Below are positions 32,278 through 46,435 of a stretch of 64,000 nucleotides of DNA, in pieces (within the stretch, counting starts at the first letter, position 1; every line of letters starts with the position of its first letter). The position numbers and the translations under genes were made by a program. Where the stretch lies: NCBI GenBank assembly GCA_030770535.1, contig JASVEC010000012.1, positions 744,001-808,000 on the forward strand, in the 5' to 3' direction. The DNA is from Batkoa obscura. Taxonomy: Eukaryota. Under the pieces are notes generated by a model. It was not told the DNA's origin and made no database searches. It saw only the letters and a program-made list of their open reading frames with translations.

Positions 32278-35200
32278 TCGAAGTGGATCAATTCAAGCAT
32301 GCAAGTTTAAACGGTTACTTTTAATGATTATGTTATATGTTAAAAAAAGTAATATTGGCTTTCGGTTCTGAAATGATATTATAGTATTTACTTTCAAGAA
32401 GCTAATTGCATTTAATAAAAGATAATCTTACCGTTAAATATTACATTTATTTTATAATTAATTGGTATAAACAATTTATACGTATTTTATTGTTATTAAA
32501 TATAAAGAAGTAAAATATTATAAAAGTTTAGTTTCATCCATAATGATCTAAAACAAGGTATCCGGAGAAGAGTAAAATTGCATAATGTTTTTAATATAAT
32601 GAAATCAATTAAAAAACTAATTAAAGTATTTAAGATACGTTAAATGAGAAGAATAAGAACCTTTATTAAAAGAGGAGATATTTTGGATGACATAATTCAG
32701 TTTAGGGAAAATTAGCTTCTTATAACCTGAGAGTAAAGGCATAGGAGGTAGCTTTTTGTGGCAAACCATTACTTTAGTATGGTAAAATATAATATAAAGG
32801 AAGATACAACTAATAAATAAAAAAGTGTATGTTAAAATCAAATTGTGATGTGACTAAGAAAAGACTAAAAATCTATTACTATTGGCGAAAGAAAGTAAAA
32901 GGAAGGCAATCAAATATGATTCCAAAAGTACAACTCAAGTAGCCAGAATATGAATTAAATAAGCTTTCTTTAAACAATGTACATGTTCGATAAGTTGAGG
33001 TTTTAATTTTAACATAAAGTTAAAATAATCTTAAAATATAAAGGCCAAATTCTATTGTATAACATAACATTTGTAACAATTAATTTACAGCTAATGTAGC
33101 ATTTATTCAAATAGTTGAAAAGATCAATCATTTAAATATTAAAATAGAAATATGAAACGAAAAAGTATTTAAGAAAAACGGAAAAAAAACTTTGCAACAT
33201 CTTGTAGCAAAATGTCTCATCAGTAGCAAGAGTTTAAAGCTTAGCGGTTATGGAGTAAAACAATACATTAGTAATAACAACTTAAAGGCTCAATAATTAA
33301 GGAGCGAAACAAGAAATACCTAATTTTTAAAATCTTTTTTATTTATAATTTTTTTAAAGATCTAACAATTTGTTATGGTGTAACAAAAGAAAGGCAGAAG
33401 GAGGAGCCAGAACCGAGGACCAAATTTGGAAGACGATTATCTTAAGCTTATTAAATAGCTCACTCACTGATAGCCCAACTTGATTGGAGCGCCTTCCGGT
33501 AGCTTCGTTATATTGGGCCACGATAGATACTGCGATCAATAGGAGCATAAATTAAAAATCTAACCATCAATAGGATCACATCAACTTCATAACACAAGCC
33601 CATACCATTGAATAAAACCAGAAGGAACACTTTAAAAGAGTCTTAATTGAAGAGGAACAGAGGTAACCCCAACAGGAGTATATTCAACTGTCTTATACTT
33701 AACTTTATACTTAACTTTATACTTTCATTTTAACCAAGGCTAGGCCCGGGTGAAGCAACATCACCAGGATTAGAACCGAACGAAACAGCACCAAATCCAC
33801 GAGGCACTACCAACTAAGTGGTAAAAACTAAAAAAAATAAATTGGTTTTCAATTTTTAAAGTCCTATTCCGTCAAGACTTCTATACCACGAGCAAGCTTT
33901 TACAACTTTTAATTTGTGTGATTAATGGTAGCTTTTATTGAACTATGATATTTGTTGACTAGGCTCCAAGTTGTAAAAGATTACATTTGATAGCTTGAGT
34001 AATATTAATTTACTATTTTTGGAAATTGTACTTTAAGGTGTTTTTGTTGATAACTTATAAGGCAATTTATAAAGTCATCTGGCTTTTTGGGCAAATCTAT
34101 TTTTTTGAAAGTATAGAGTTGTTAGGGTTTAACTTTTTTACTGAAAAATTACCTTACCCTCTAACAAATATTTGTTGCTACAATCAATGACTTTCAAACT
34201 AATTTTAGCCCAAAAAGTCAGATTATTTTATAAAACACAAGGTATTTTACATCAGTTCAACATTTTGAGACCAGTCGAGTAGGTCTGGAAAATCTACACT
34301 AGAAGAGGCCTTAGGTTGTTACTCCCAGAACTTGATTTATTTAGTAAAACACGAAAATCTACTTTATTTAAAAAAATTTATGGTATTTTACCAATAATCA
34401 AGTTTTGCGAGTAACAACCCAAAACCTCTCTCTAATATATATCTACAGGTGTTTTTTAAACTAGTTTATTAACCGTTTATGCTTTTTAATTTCACATCCC
34501 TCAAGACGCGGTCAAAAATTCATAAGAATAACACTTCATTTCTTGGTATCTTAGCAAGAAAGCTAAGATACTCTATTATCGATGATTGGTTCAATTTACT
34601 ATTGAAATTTTTTTGAACCCAAGATTTTTATGCTCTTTGATAAAAATGTGGCTTAAAATTAAAATGAACTTTATAAAAGATTGTTAGCAGATAGCTAACC
34701 AATAATAGTAATTGAGGGGCTAATTAATTTGCCACAAGTGTTGTATTCAAGTTCTAAAAAAAACTAGCTGTAGTGTTGTTTTTATTGATAAAAAAGTTAA
34801 TCATCTTGTGTAAATTTTGACACTCTAAAACTAATTTATTGACTGAGAAGTAGCGTAATTTTTTAAAGCTGGAAATTTTTTTGAGAATAAATTAATTGAT
34901 TTAATTAACTAAAAGTTCTTAAATAGAAAAAATAGAAAAAAAAGAATATTAAATGTTATACGATTATAACAATGAAAAAATAAAGATAAAAAATAAAACA
35001 TTTATATTATTACTATTATATTAAAATAGAAAGTCTACTTAAGTTTAAAAGCATACTTTATATTTGATTTATTAATAAATTTTTATAGCTAAGAATTTAA
35101 AAATAATAAGTTATACTTCAAATCAAATCACACTGATTGACCAACTATGATAATAATGATTGGCTGCCAAAGACCTTAAAATTTTAACTAGACCGTTAAT

Positions 35201-35293
35201 AACCCAAAACAATTTGTAAAAAAAAGTAAAAATTTAACTTTATTTTTTTATATAAAACTTAATATTAAACTTAACTAAAAATAAAAAATAAAA

Positions 35294-38079
35294 ATGATGG
35301 CTAGGCCAGAACCACAAGACGAAATAATTACTAGTGAAATACCTACTGGCACTCCACCAAATCAACAATATCCTTATTTCGATCAAATTAAAGCCCAAGG
35401 CACTTATGTTCATCCAGCTTTAGTACCAAAACAACCTTTACAAAGAAGAGCTACAGCTCCTACTTCAAGACCAAATAATAATCCTCAATTACAAAAACAT
35501 CAAAATCCACCCCAACCATCTCAATTACCAATTAATAACCAACAGAATGGAAAACCAAAGTTAGAACGTCCAGCTACAATTCATCATCGTTATAAAAGAA
35601 AAATCGGACCCTATACTTTGACTAAAACTCTTGGGGCAGGTAGTATGGGTAAAGTTAAATTGGGGGTTCATGAGGTTACTGGACATAAGGTAAGTTTTAT
35701 TAGCCATAAGTAGGATTAAAAGAATAGTAATTAACACATTTATGTAGGTAGCAGTCAAAATCATCACTCGAAAAGTCAAAAAAAGCAATGGGCCATCCGA
35801 TAAAGATGAAGATGCCGCATTAACTGATATGGCACATGAAGATAAAAGAGTAATGAGAGAAGTTAGTATATTATTTTTACTTCATCATCCATTTATTGTC
35901 AAAATGGTGGATTTTATGGTTACTCCTCATCATTATTATTTAATGTTTGAGTATGTGGAAGGAGGTCAATTATTGGATTACATTATTTCTCATGGTAAAT
36001 TGAATGAACGTACTGCGAGGAAATTTGCTAGACAAATTATTTCTTCTTTAGGTAAGGGATATTTTATTTTGTGGCGTTTGAATTTATTTATTTATTTTTA
36101 GATTATTGTCATCGTAATTCAGTTGTTCATAGAGGTATTATATTATACACTTATACGTTGTATTTTTATTAATTTATTTTACTTTAGATCTTAAAATTGA
36201 AAATATACTAATATCTAATTCTGGTAGTATAAAAATCATTGATTTTGGTTTATCTAACCTTTATTCATCTAAATCTCAATTGTCTACTTTTTGTGGCTCC
36301 CTTTATTTTGCAGCACCAGAATTATTAAGCGCTAAACCTTATACAGGTCCTGAAGTAGATATTTGGAGTTTTGGTATAGTACTATATGTATTAATGTGTG
36401 GAGAAGTACCCTTTGATGATAAATCAATGACAATGATTCATCATAAAATTAAACGAGGTGTAGTTAAATATCCAGCATGGCTATCACCTGATTGTCGTCA
36501 TTTATTATCACGTATATTAGTCACTAATCCAAGTGAAAGAGCTACAATGGTTGAAATTATGCAACATCCTTGGATTAATAAAGGATTTCATGGACCTCCA
36601 GATTCTTATTTTCCAAATCGACTAGCACCTGAATTGCCAGTGGATTTAGAAGTAATTAAACAAATGACTGGATTTCAATTTGGTAGCCCTGAACAGATAC
36701 AAAAACAAGTAGATAAATCTATCAAAGAATATTTGAAAGAAGCCACTTCACCTACTTTTTCACCAAGATTAACACCTTGTAATAAGTCGGTTAAAGCACC
36801 TATTAGTTATCCTTATCTTTCTATTTATTCCTTAGCTAAAGAAAAATTAGAAAGGGAAAAGAATAATGAACAATCTATTGTTGTTAAAGAAGAAGACCGT
36901 ATTGATGAAGATACTGAAAAATCAAACAGTCATATTGTATTAACTGCTGATTCTGGTTTAAGTCGATCCAAATCTTGTAAACCTACAATGAATGGTGTAA
37001 GTGGAAGATATAATGCAATACCATCAAGACCATCTCAATTAAAAGAATCAAATATGAATCAAATTAGTTTACGTTCAAATGAAACTAATAATGATACAAT
37101 TAACAATAATAGTAATTCAACTACTATTAGTAGAAATAACAGCGAACGACGACCATCTAACGGCACTTTATTACCACCTAATTCAGTAGAAATGACTAAA
37201 GATAATCCAGCTCCACGTCGTACATCAATTAGATTTAGCGATAAATCGCAAATACAAAAAGTACCCTCTACTAAAGTTAATAAAGAAAAAAGATTATCTG
37301 AGCCTTTGGAAAAAGTAGAATCAACCATAACTACAGCCACAACTACACCAACTGTACCTGTATTATCCGTGCCTAATGAACCAATAAAAACCCCGCAACG
37401 TAAACCTAGTCGATTAGAAAAAATATCCCATTTTTTAAATCGTGGTAGTAGTTTAAGAGAAGTTAAAACACCACAACCAGCTACTGAAGAGATCCATTCT
37501 CCTTCAATAAAATCACCTCCAATTAATAATGAGAATCCAAAATTAGATACGAATATACAGCCTGTATTCCTTAAAGGTTTATTTTCTGTAGCTACAACAA
37601 GCACTAAAAAACCCAAAGTAATTCGAGATGAGATATTAAGAGTATTAAAAAGTATGAATATGGTATGGCATGAAGGGGATGGTTATATTTCAGTAGCAAA
37701 AAATCCAAGTTCACTTAATGCTACTCTTTCGCCAATTCTAAGAAAAGTATCTTATACTTCGAATTCGGAATTATCTTCCAATGAAAATAGTGATAATACA
37801 AGAGAAGAATTCAGTTTACCACCATCCATTCATGAAGTTATTGAAGAAGAAGGAGAGGAAAATGAAGACTCTAAAGAAAATCAGATAGGAAAGAGGAAAA
37901 TGAGAGTTAATAAAAAGAGTTTAATGAAAGAAGGAACTAAATTAGAAGTTCGATTTGAAATTCAAATTGTTAAGTTGTCATTGATTCGATTATATGGTAT
38001 TAAATTTCGTCGATTGGTAGGTCATTCTTGGGAGTATAAAGAAATTTGTTCAGAAATTTTGTCCAAGTTGAGAATATAG
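35294..38079 (+). CDS. KIN1: Kin1/Kin2 (PAR-1/MARK) Ser/Thr kinase with C-terminal KA1 domain, 4 exons
   Basis: [78 protein letters not shown]1 RFEIQIVK...[27 protein letters not shown]. Confidence 0.93.
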
Positions 38080-38413
38080 GTAGGAGGTGTAATGGGAGTA
38101 GTTATATGCTATTATTTTAGTTTTGGTGAAATGGTAGTGTGAGTAGGGAGTGGAGGAGAAAGAGGCTTATTACATTTATTCTTTTTTTATATATTATTGC
38201 GAATTTTATTTTTTTGGTGAGGTTGCAATAGATTGAGGAGGAGGATTATACACTCTATTTTAGCTTTTTTTAATAAAATATTATTTTTGAAAAAATTACG
38301 TCATGCCTAAAGTTGCTATTCGTTATTTAAATTAATATTGAGATCCAAAATTGAAAGTTAAGTTAAATTAAGCTCAAATAAAAAATTGAAACTATTATCT
38401 TTTAAAAATAAAG

Positions 38414-39633
38414 ATGACCCCCAATTCCAATTTATTGAAATTTCAACAAAAACTACTAATAAGTAAAGAAAAAGCTCAATTGTTTGATCGATTTTTAAAC
38501 AATTATTTTAATAGGCAAGATAAAAATGATGAAATTGTAAGTATAATATATTGTTAATCATCTTATTTATGACAAAACTAATTCCTTTTCTTTATTAAAA
38601 GTTGGTAATAAAATTCATCACGGATAATGTTACTACATATTATCATTTAAACTCAGTATTTGAATATTTATGTAGCACAATCATGATTGATAGAAATCCA
38701 GAGATGAGAGTGAAGTTATTAAATTTAATACCCAATTTAGTTATACAAGCATATGAAAACAATCAAGTTTATCAGTTTGATTCGATTAATTTATTTCTAT
38801 ATTATTTGATGTATGATTTGTTTTTGAACTTGGGATTGGAATTTGTAGACTATTTTAAACAAGTAAGTATAATTTTATTATTATTTTGTTTTGTTTATCA
38901 AACCATTTACATTTACTTTCAGTTACTCATTTCCTGGTCAAAAATACCACATTTCACTTCTCTCAATTTACCCCTTTTAATCTCTACCACTACCACCTTC
39001 CTATCCTTAAACCCAGTTAGAAATGCAACCAATGGCTGTTACATACCAATTTCCAACTTTGAAGATCTTGGAATTAATAATTATGAATCCAATATTCTCA
39101 CTTATTATCAAACTCAAAGTTTATTTCAAACAAGTAACAATTTCTTTATTCCACAAAAAAAGGAGTATACTCTACCTCCAAAGTATCCAGATACTACTAT
39201 AGAAGAAACTCTTAATAACTTCAATCAAAAAGAAAAATCGGATTTACCCTATCAATCAAACACTAATGTAACACTTCAAACTAGTAATAATAACAATAAC
39301 ATTCCACCTTTGACTAACTTTAAATACCCTTACGACGACAACTATCGGCAATTACCCTATCATCAAATACCTGTTGGTGTTATGGTCGATATATTAAAGA
39401 CAACTAATGAACCGTATCAATCCATTCCTATTTCATTAGCTAATAAATTACCACATTTAAAAGATAAAACTAATACGATTGAAAATGCTTTAACAGAATA
39501 TTACCAACGGATAGAGAGGAAGGAGGAAGAGGGGATAGAGAGAGAGGGGGATAAAGATTTAATGTATTTAGGTTTTAATTTATCTAAAGTGAATCAAATT
39601 ATACATAATAGGTATCAATTATTATATAAATAA
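38414..39633 (+). CDS. Hypothetical protein, divergent CHERP-like (possible CID-like N-terminus)
   Basis: ATG at 38414, introns near 38537-38601 and 38882-38922; LPYHQIPVGVMVDILK..NEPYQSI...IENALTEYY resembles, from memory, the CHERP motif PYFDLPAGLMAPLVK...LLAAVEAFY. Confidence 0.55.
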
Positions 39634-39753
39634 ATAAAATAAAATATTAAAAAAATAAAAAAAAGTATAAAGTACATATTGATATTTTATTTGTTATTAT
39701 AGTTTTAAACTCTTAAATTTTCCATTTATAAATTTTTATAACTTATCTCCCAA

Positions 39754-41369
39754 TTACTCTTTAACTTCATCAAAACTATTTCTTGATTCATACGATTGTT
39801 GCATGGAATTATATCTCAATAATCCTTCATGATTATTATTAATACTTAATAGACTCTTTCCCCCATTACCCAAACTAGTAAATGAATTTCTATTAACTTC
39901 ATTGGCTAATTTATTTCCAACTTTAAACTTTAACTTTCTTTGTGAAAGTTTACTTTGCACTCTTGAAGATGCTCTTGAACTTTGATAATTTTCTGTGACT
40001 TTACGTATAGCTTTAATACGATTTGCTACATCAATATAAACATCCGTTTCATCTATAATTTCTTCTTGTATTAATTCTTCGAGTACATCTTCAAGTGTAA
40101 TGACACCCAAAGGCGTAGATTTATCATTATCACTAACAACGACGGCCATATGAGCTATTTTTAGAAAAAAGAATTCAACATACTAAAAAAAACAATAATA
40201 AAATAAAACTTACAAGTCCCTTCTTGAAATGTATTTAATAAATCAAACAAACTGGACATTTCGCTAACTTTAGGAATATTATAAATTTTAACCATTTTCA
40301 ATGGAGTACCCACATTAGGTTTTAACATAATTAAAGACTTGGTTAATAATAAACCAATGATATCATTTCTGTCTTTACAATAAACAGGAATTCTAGAATG
40401 ACCAGCTCGATAAATATCTCTTAATGTTATCCAATTTAATTCACATTCTAAATCTACCATAAACACATGTTTCATAGAGGTCATAATATCTTTTGCTTTT
40501 TTATAACTTAAATCTAATGCTCCACGAATAATAGTTACTTCATCATGACTTAAACTACCTCCATTAGTGGAGCCATGAATAGCAACTAATTCTTTTAATT
40601 CTATAATATTATAAGTTAATAAATTGATTACTTTTAAATAATATTTCTATTTTTTAATTTACCTGCTCGACGATACATAACCCCATGATTTTCACCTAAT
40701 AAATAATCCAATGTATAAGCAAAGGGATAAGAAATAGGATACTAAAAAAAGAAAATTATTCAATTATATTTCATTATAATAAATTAAATCTTAACTAATA
40801 TAATAATCAATAACCTCACTGGCCAAGCGAAAAAGGCACCAATTCTAAGTCCATGTCGAGCACAAACCGCTTGGGGAATCACTTCACCAAAAATCAATAT
40901 TAAAATAGTAGATATAATAACAGCTGATAAACCAGAACCAAACATGGATTCAATTAATATTGGTAAAGACATATTAGTTAATGTATTAGCTAACATCATA
41001 GTCACTAATAGTAAATGACCATTTTCTCTAATTGGTAAAATACGTAAAGCCCATCGACGTTGTTGTTCATCTTGACTGTTGCTAAGAATTTGTAAATTTG
41101 TTTTATCCAAAGACATGAGACCCAGAGTTAAGCCTAAAAACGATAGATTTTAATATTTGTTTTAAACTCAATTAACATGTTAATTCACCTGCTAATAAAC
41201 CACCTAAAGCAACTAAAAAGAGGACTAAAAATAATTTCCATAAAGAAGCTTCATGCTTTTCTTCTTCAAGTAGATGGATGGATAAACCAACACTCTTTTG
41301 TAACATAAATAAAAAGGAGGTGATGATGTTGAGTAACCATTTACTTAAGACAATGTTTCGTAACCGCAT
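39754..41369 (-). CDS. MAM3: CNNM/Mam3 metal transporter (DUF21 + CBS pair), copy A
   Basis: [77 protein letters not shown]. Confidence 0.9.
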
Positions 41370-41988
41370 TCGTTTTTATTGAAAGTTTTTCTTTGTAAAA
41401 GGGAATTGAGGTGAATTTTGAGTTTCTGGCTGGAATTTATAGATAACTTTAAAAATAGAGAAATAAAATTAATTCTAGATTTTGAAGTGTAAAAAAGAAA
41501 ATTCTCTATATATAGTATGGCTTATTCTAAGGCAAAAAGAATGGACCAATAAAAAACAGCATAATTAATCATTTATTGGAATAAACTAGTTTGAAATTCC
41601 ATCTTTAAAAATAAATTATGATTGTCCAAAATATTTAGTCAATTTGAAATCAATAAAGTTAATAGATTAGATAACAGATAATGGGTAAAACTCGATTATT
41701 TATGGGGAGAGATTATAAATATATTTAACTCCTTTATTATAGTTAAATAATGATATTAGTTTAAGACTAAACTAACTGATAAGATTTTATTATTTGACAT
41801 AAACTATTAAATAACCCCATTTACCCCTTTATAACCTGGCTAATTATTCTAAATTATAAATATTGCAAAATCCGATTCATGTTAAATTAAAATAATTTGA
41901 AAAGAAAAATTAAAAACTCATTTTTTAGTTTAAAATTTTGGATTCTTTTTAAAACTATAGCGTTATTTTATATTTCTATTCCTTCAAG

Positions 41989-43086
41989 ATGTTATCCGAC
42001 ATATTAGAAACTATTGAAGCGTATGAAATTATCCTTAAATTAACAGCTATTTTCTTTTTAGTTTGTTGCGGTGGTTTAATCACTGGTAACTTAATTAATC
42101 ATCTCTTCCCCCATTAATAAACTAATCCCATCTTTTTATTAGGTTTAACCCTTGGCCTTATGTCCCTTGACAAAACGAATTTACAAATCCTAATGAATTC
42201 AGGAGACTTACAGAAGAGGGAATGGGCCATGAAAATTCAACCCATACGAGAAAACGGTCATTTATTATTAGTTACCTTTTTATTAGCAAGTACATTAACT
42301 TTTGAATCTTTACCCATTTTGATTGATCCTTTACTTGGTGGTGGTGTATCTGCTATTCTTTTCTCAACCTTTTTAACCTTGGTATTTGGTGAAGTAATCC
42401 CACAAGCTATTATTACAAGACATGGACTTTGGTTTGGGGCTATGTTTGCTTAGTAAGTTAAATTGTATAAATTATTATGATTTATAAATTGAAAAAAAAA
42501 AATTAGTCCAGTTCAAGTACTTATTTGGATCATGGTAATATTTCTATAATAATTATTCAACAACATTAATAATATTTTTAATAGTATATCTTTGCTTATC
42601 CAATAGCATTATTATTAGATTGGATCCTTGGAGAAAATCATGGAGTATTATACCAACGTAATGAATTAAAAGAACTAATGGCTATTCATGAAGCTAGTCA
42701 TGGAGGTAGCTTAACTACAGATGAAGTAACAATTATTCGAGGAGCATTAGAATTAAATGAAAAAACAGTATTAGATGTGATGACAAGTATGGAACATGTT
42801 TATATGTTGGATTTAAATTCTCATTTAGATTGGAAAACATTAACTGAAATTCAACGGGCTGGTTACACTAGAATACCTATTTATCAAGTTACTAAAGATA
42901 ATATAGTTGGGGTATTATTAACTAAATATTTGATTTTAATAGATCCAGATGATGAAACTCCAATTAAAAATGTTAAAATTCATCCTATTCCGAAAGTTAA
43001 ACCGGACTTATCTTTATTTGATTTATTAAATGAATTTCAAGAAGGGGCAAGTAAGTATTGTTAATAATGATAATATAATAATATTT

Positions 43087-43118
<32 letters not shown>

Positions 43119-43678
43119 TTTTATTAGGTCATATTGCAATTGTAAAAGATAAACGAAATAATGAAGCTATACCCATTGGTATAGTTACATTAGAAGATGT
43201 AATTGAAGAATTAATACAAGAAGAAATTATAGATGAAACGGATGTTTATATTGATGTACCAAAAAGGATTCGAGCAGTTAGAGCAGCTAGTGGAGCTATT
43301 CGATTGAATAGTCAAGGAGTTAATAATAATAGTCAATATAATACCTTTGTTAAAAATTCATATTTAAAATCGGGACATTATACAGCTAAAAAAAATAATG
43401 AAACACAACCATTATTAAGTCGCAATAGTTTAAAATTAAAAAAACGATTATTTGCTTTACCTAAACCAAATGTATTAGTACATTCTCAAGATGATAATTT
43501 ATGTCATGAAGAATTACATCGATTTTATACTAATGAAGATGAAATCCATCATCATTATCATTTAAGACCAGGTACTGAAGAAGATTTGAAAAGATATAAT
43601 GATAATCGTACAATTTCAACTCATCCAAATCAAAGAAGTCCTAATTCACCAGATCATTTAACTGTAGGTTCTATTTAA
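41989..43678 (+). CDS. MAM3: CNNM/Mam3 metal transporter (DUF21 + CBS pair), copy B
   Basis: Same motifs: [52 protein letters not shown] at 41989; His-rich tail. Confidence 0.9.
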
Positions 43679-43804
43679 TTTATTTATTTTAAAATAAATA
43701 AGTTCTATTTTTTATTTTTATATTTTAAAAGTAATTTATTTAATAATAATAATAGTAATAATAATATAATAATAATAATATAATAAATTATTTTATTATG
43801 TTTT

Positions 43805-43987
43805 TTAAAATAAAAACCTTATTCCATTTTGTTTTGGTTCCGTATTTAACAAAAACCAAGCTTTAATTTTAGAATCTCTTTCTAAATTAGTAATCTCATC
43901 TTTTGCAATAGAAAATTGGTCTCTCAACTTAACTAGAACACTTTCACTAAATTGATTTAAACAAGAAAATATTAATTCGGAATATAA

Positions 43988-44033
<46 letters not shown>

Positions 44034-46290
44034 TCTTCATTCATTAAATTGAGATTATTACTTTGTTTTACAATATTATCATTTAATAATATATTATTTA
44101 ATAAATGCCAACAAAATTCATCAATTTCTTGTTTCCTACAAAAAAAATTTTCATAAAATTTCAAATACAATTCCATATCTTTTTGACTTAAATAATAACT
44201 AATAACAATACAACCGGCTGCTACCGTTTGGGGTGTAAAACTCAAACAGATTTCAAATTTATAACTTTCGTTAATTAATAACCAAGCTAATTTGCCAATC
44301 TCTCTATTAATATTATAAATCTTAATTAATGAAAATAATACATTTTGTGGATGAACAAATAAAAATGAAAAATTAATAATAGCTAATAAATGTTTCTCTA
44401 ATTTCAAACATTGAGTTGTTAAATCCATTATTGTTTCTTTAAATCCTAAACTATGCTTGGGATATTTTTTCTTTAATAATGAAATAGCACTGCGTAACAC
44501 ATCATTTAATTTGTGCACTGTGTCTTCTAATTTACATGCTAAAAATACACAAGTGATAGCTATATCCTAGATAAATAAAATACATAAAAAAGGATATTTA
44601 TAAATACTCATTACAACTCTTACCTTTGGAGAAAAATCGAGTGCGGAAGCTTGAAATAAATAAAACCGATAAAAAGTATATAATGCTCTATTAATACTTG
44701 TAGTTGGAATGGCCAAAGTTTTACCTAAATTAATAATCATAGAACAAATTAATTGTTGAAATTGAAATAATTGTTTGAATTGAATATGTGGATGAAATAA
44801 ACTTTTGGATAATTCAATTTCTTTAATACTAATGTATTTTTTATTCTTTCGAGTACCAGTGTATTCATCTTCTAATATCTCACCTATCCCAACACTTTGT
44901 AATAGATTGGTTTTTAATTGTAAGGGGACTTCATTTGTAGTTAGATGCCATAAACCATTGGCTCGATTATCTATTTGTTCTTGTAATTCTTTTTGTAATT
45001 TTAATTTTAATTGTTCTTTCTTTAATATCGCTTGTCCCTCTTTTTCTTTTTTAATTATCTCTAGTTCACTTTCTTGATCTTTTTGTAAATCTCGTTGATG
45101 ACTTTCTCCATTTTGTAATGAAATTTGAGTTACTGTAGTAATCATTTCTTTATTCATTATTGAATTGTCTTTTCTCAATGTGCTTTCTTTACTTTCAATC
45201 GCTGTGCTTTTTCTTTGTATCAAATCTTTATTCTCAACAGAACTATGTTTTCTTTGCACTGTTTCTTTAATTTGAACTAAGCTACTTTTCTTTTGAGTTG
45301 GTGTACATTCTTTATGTTCAACAAGGCTATTTTTTCTTAATGTTGGTGTCGAGTCTCTATTTTCAGATAAACTATTATTTCTTATTGTTACTTCTTTATT
45401 TTTGATTAAGTTGTCTTTTCCCAAATTTGGTGCCCTAGCTTCAGCTAAACTATTCTTTCTTGGAACTACTTCTTTGTTTCCAATTAAACTATTACTTTTG
45501 GAAGTTCCTACTTGATTTATAATTAAACTATTACTTTTTGGTGTAACAACTTGACTTTCGGATAAACTATTTTTCCTGATCACAATGTCCTTTGTTTGAA
45601 TCAAATTACCATTTCTTGGAGTTCCCCCTCTATTTTCAGCCAAACTATTTTTTCTTTGAGTTGGTATGGATTCCTTAACTTCAGTTAAGATGTTCTTTCT
45701 TTGAGTTGTTGATTCTTTATTATCAATTAAATTATTTTTCTTCAAAGTTGACGTTGGTTCTTTAATTTCAAGTAAATTATTCTTTCTTATAATAGGCTCT
45801 TTTTCTTGAAGTAGGTTCTTTTTTTTCTGAGTACTCTCTTTGTTTCCAATGCCATTTCGCTTCTTTTGTGACAATACTTTATTATCAATGAATACTATCT
45901 TTTTATGAGCTGGTTCTTTAGTCTCAGACAACACTTCATTTTTTTGAGTTACTTGGCTATCGTCCATCTCATTAACCAATTCATCCACTTGATCCTCTTT
46001 AACAACAGGTAACACAATTTTAATGATATTCTTTGGATCCTTTTTTGGTTTCTTTTTGTCTTTCTCTTTTTCTTTCATAACTTTAACTCGCTCTTTTTTA
46101 ACCTTTTTTTCTTCTTTTTCATCTATCATTGTAGGCTCAATACCTAAAATATGGAATATATAGAGTTATCTACGCTTAATTGATGAGTTGTAAGCTGGAT
46201 AAAATAGTTACCTAATAATTTTTGTTTTGCTATTAATTCTTCCCTTTCTCTTTGTTTATCTTTTTCACTTTTACGTCCTCTTTTAGCCAT
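43805..46290 (-). CDS. Transcriptional cyclin (cyclin K/T/Ctk2-like) with a long repetitive basic N-terminal extension, 3 exons
   Basis: Cyclin box LAIPTTSINRALYTFYRFY.../DIAITCVFLACKLEDTVHKLNDVL...LEKHLLAIINFSFLFVHP...LAWLLINESY...PQTVAAGCI; ATG at 46288-46290. Confidence 0.8.
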
Positions 46291-46435
46291 TTTTTAATGA
46301 CTTTAAATTGATTAAAAAAAAGAAAAAGAAAAACTTCAAATTTGTAAATAATCAAAAGTAAAATTTATTAAAAAATCAATAAAAAAAAATAAAAAATTGA
46401 TAAAGATAAATAACAATAAAATCGAATAGACTTCT

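Noticed and set aside
43741..44031. (AAT)n tracts near and in the cyclin 3' end
   Set aside because: Ordinary microsatellite/poly-Asn typical of this AT-rich genome.
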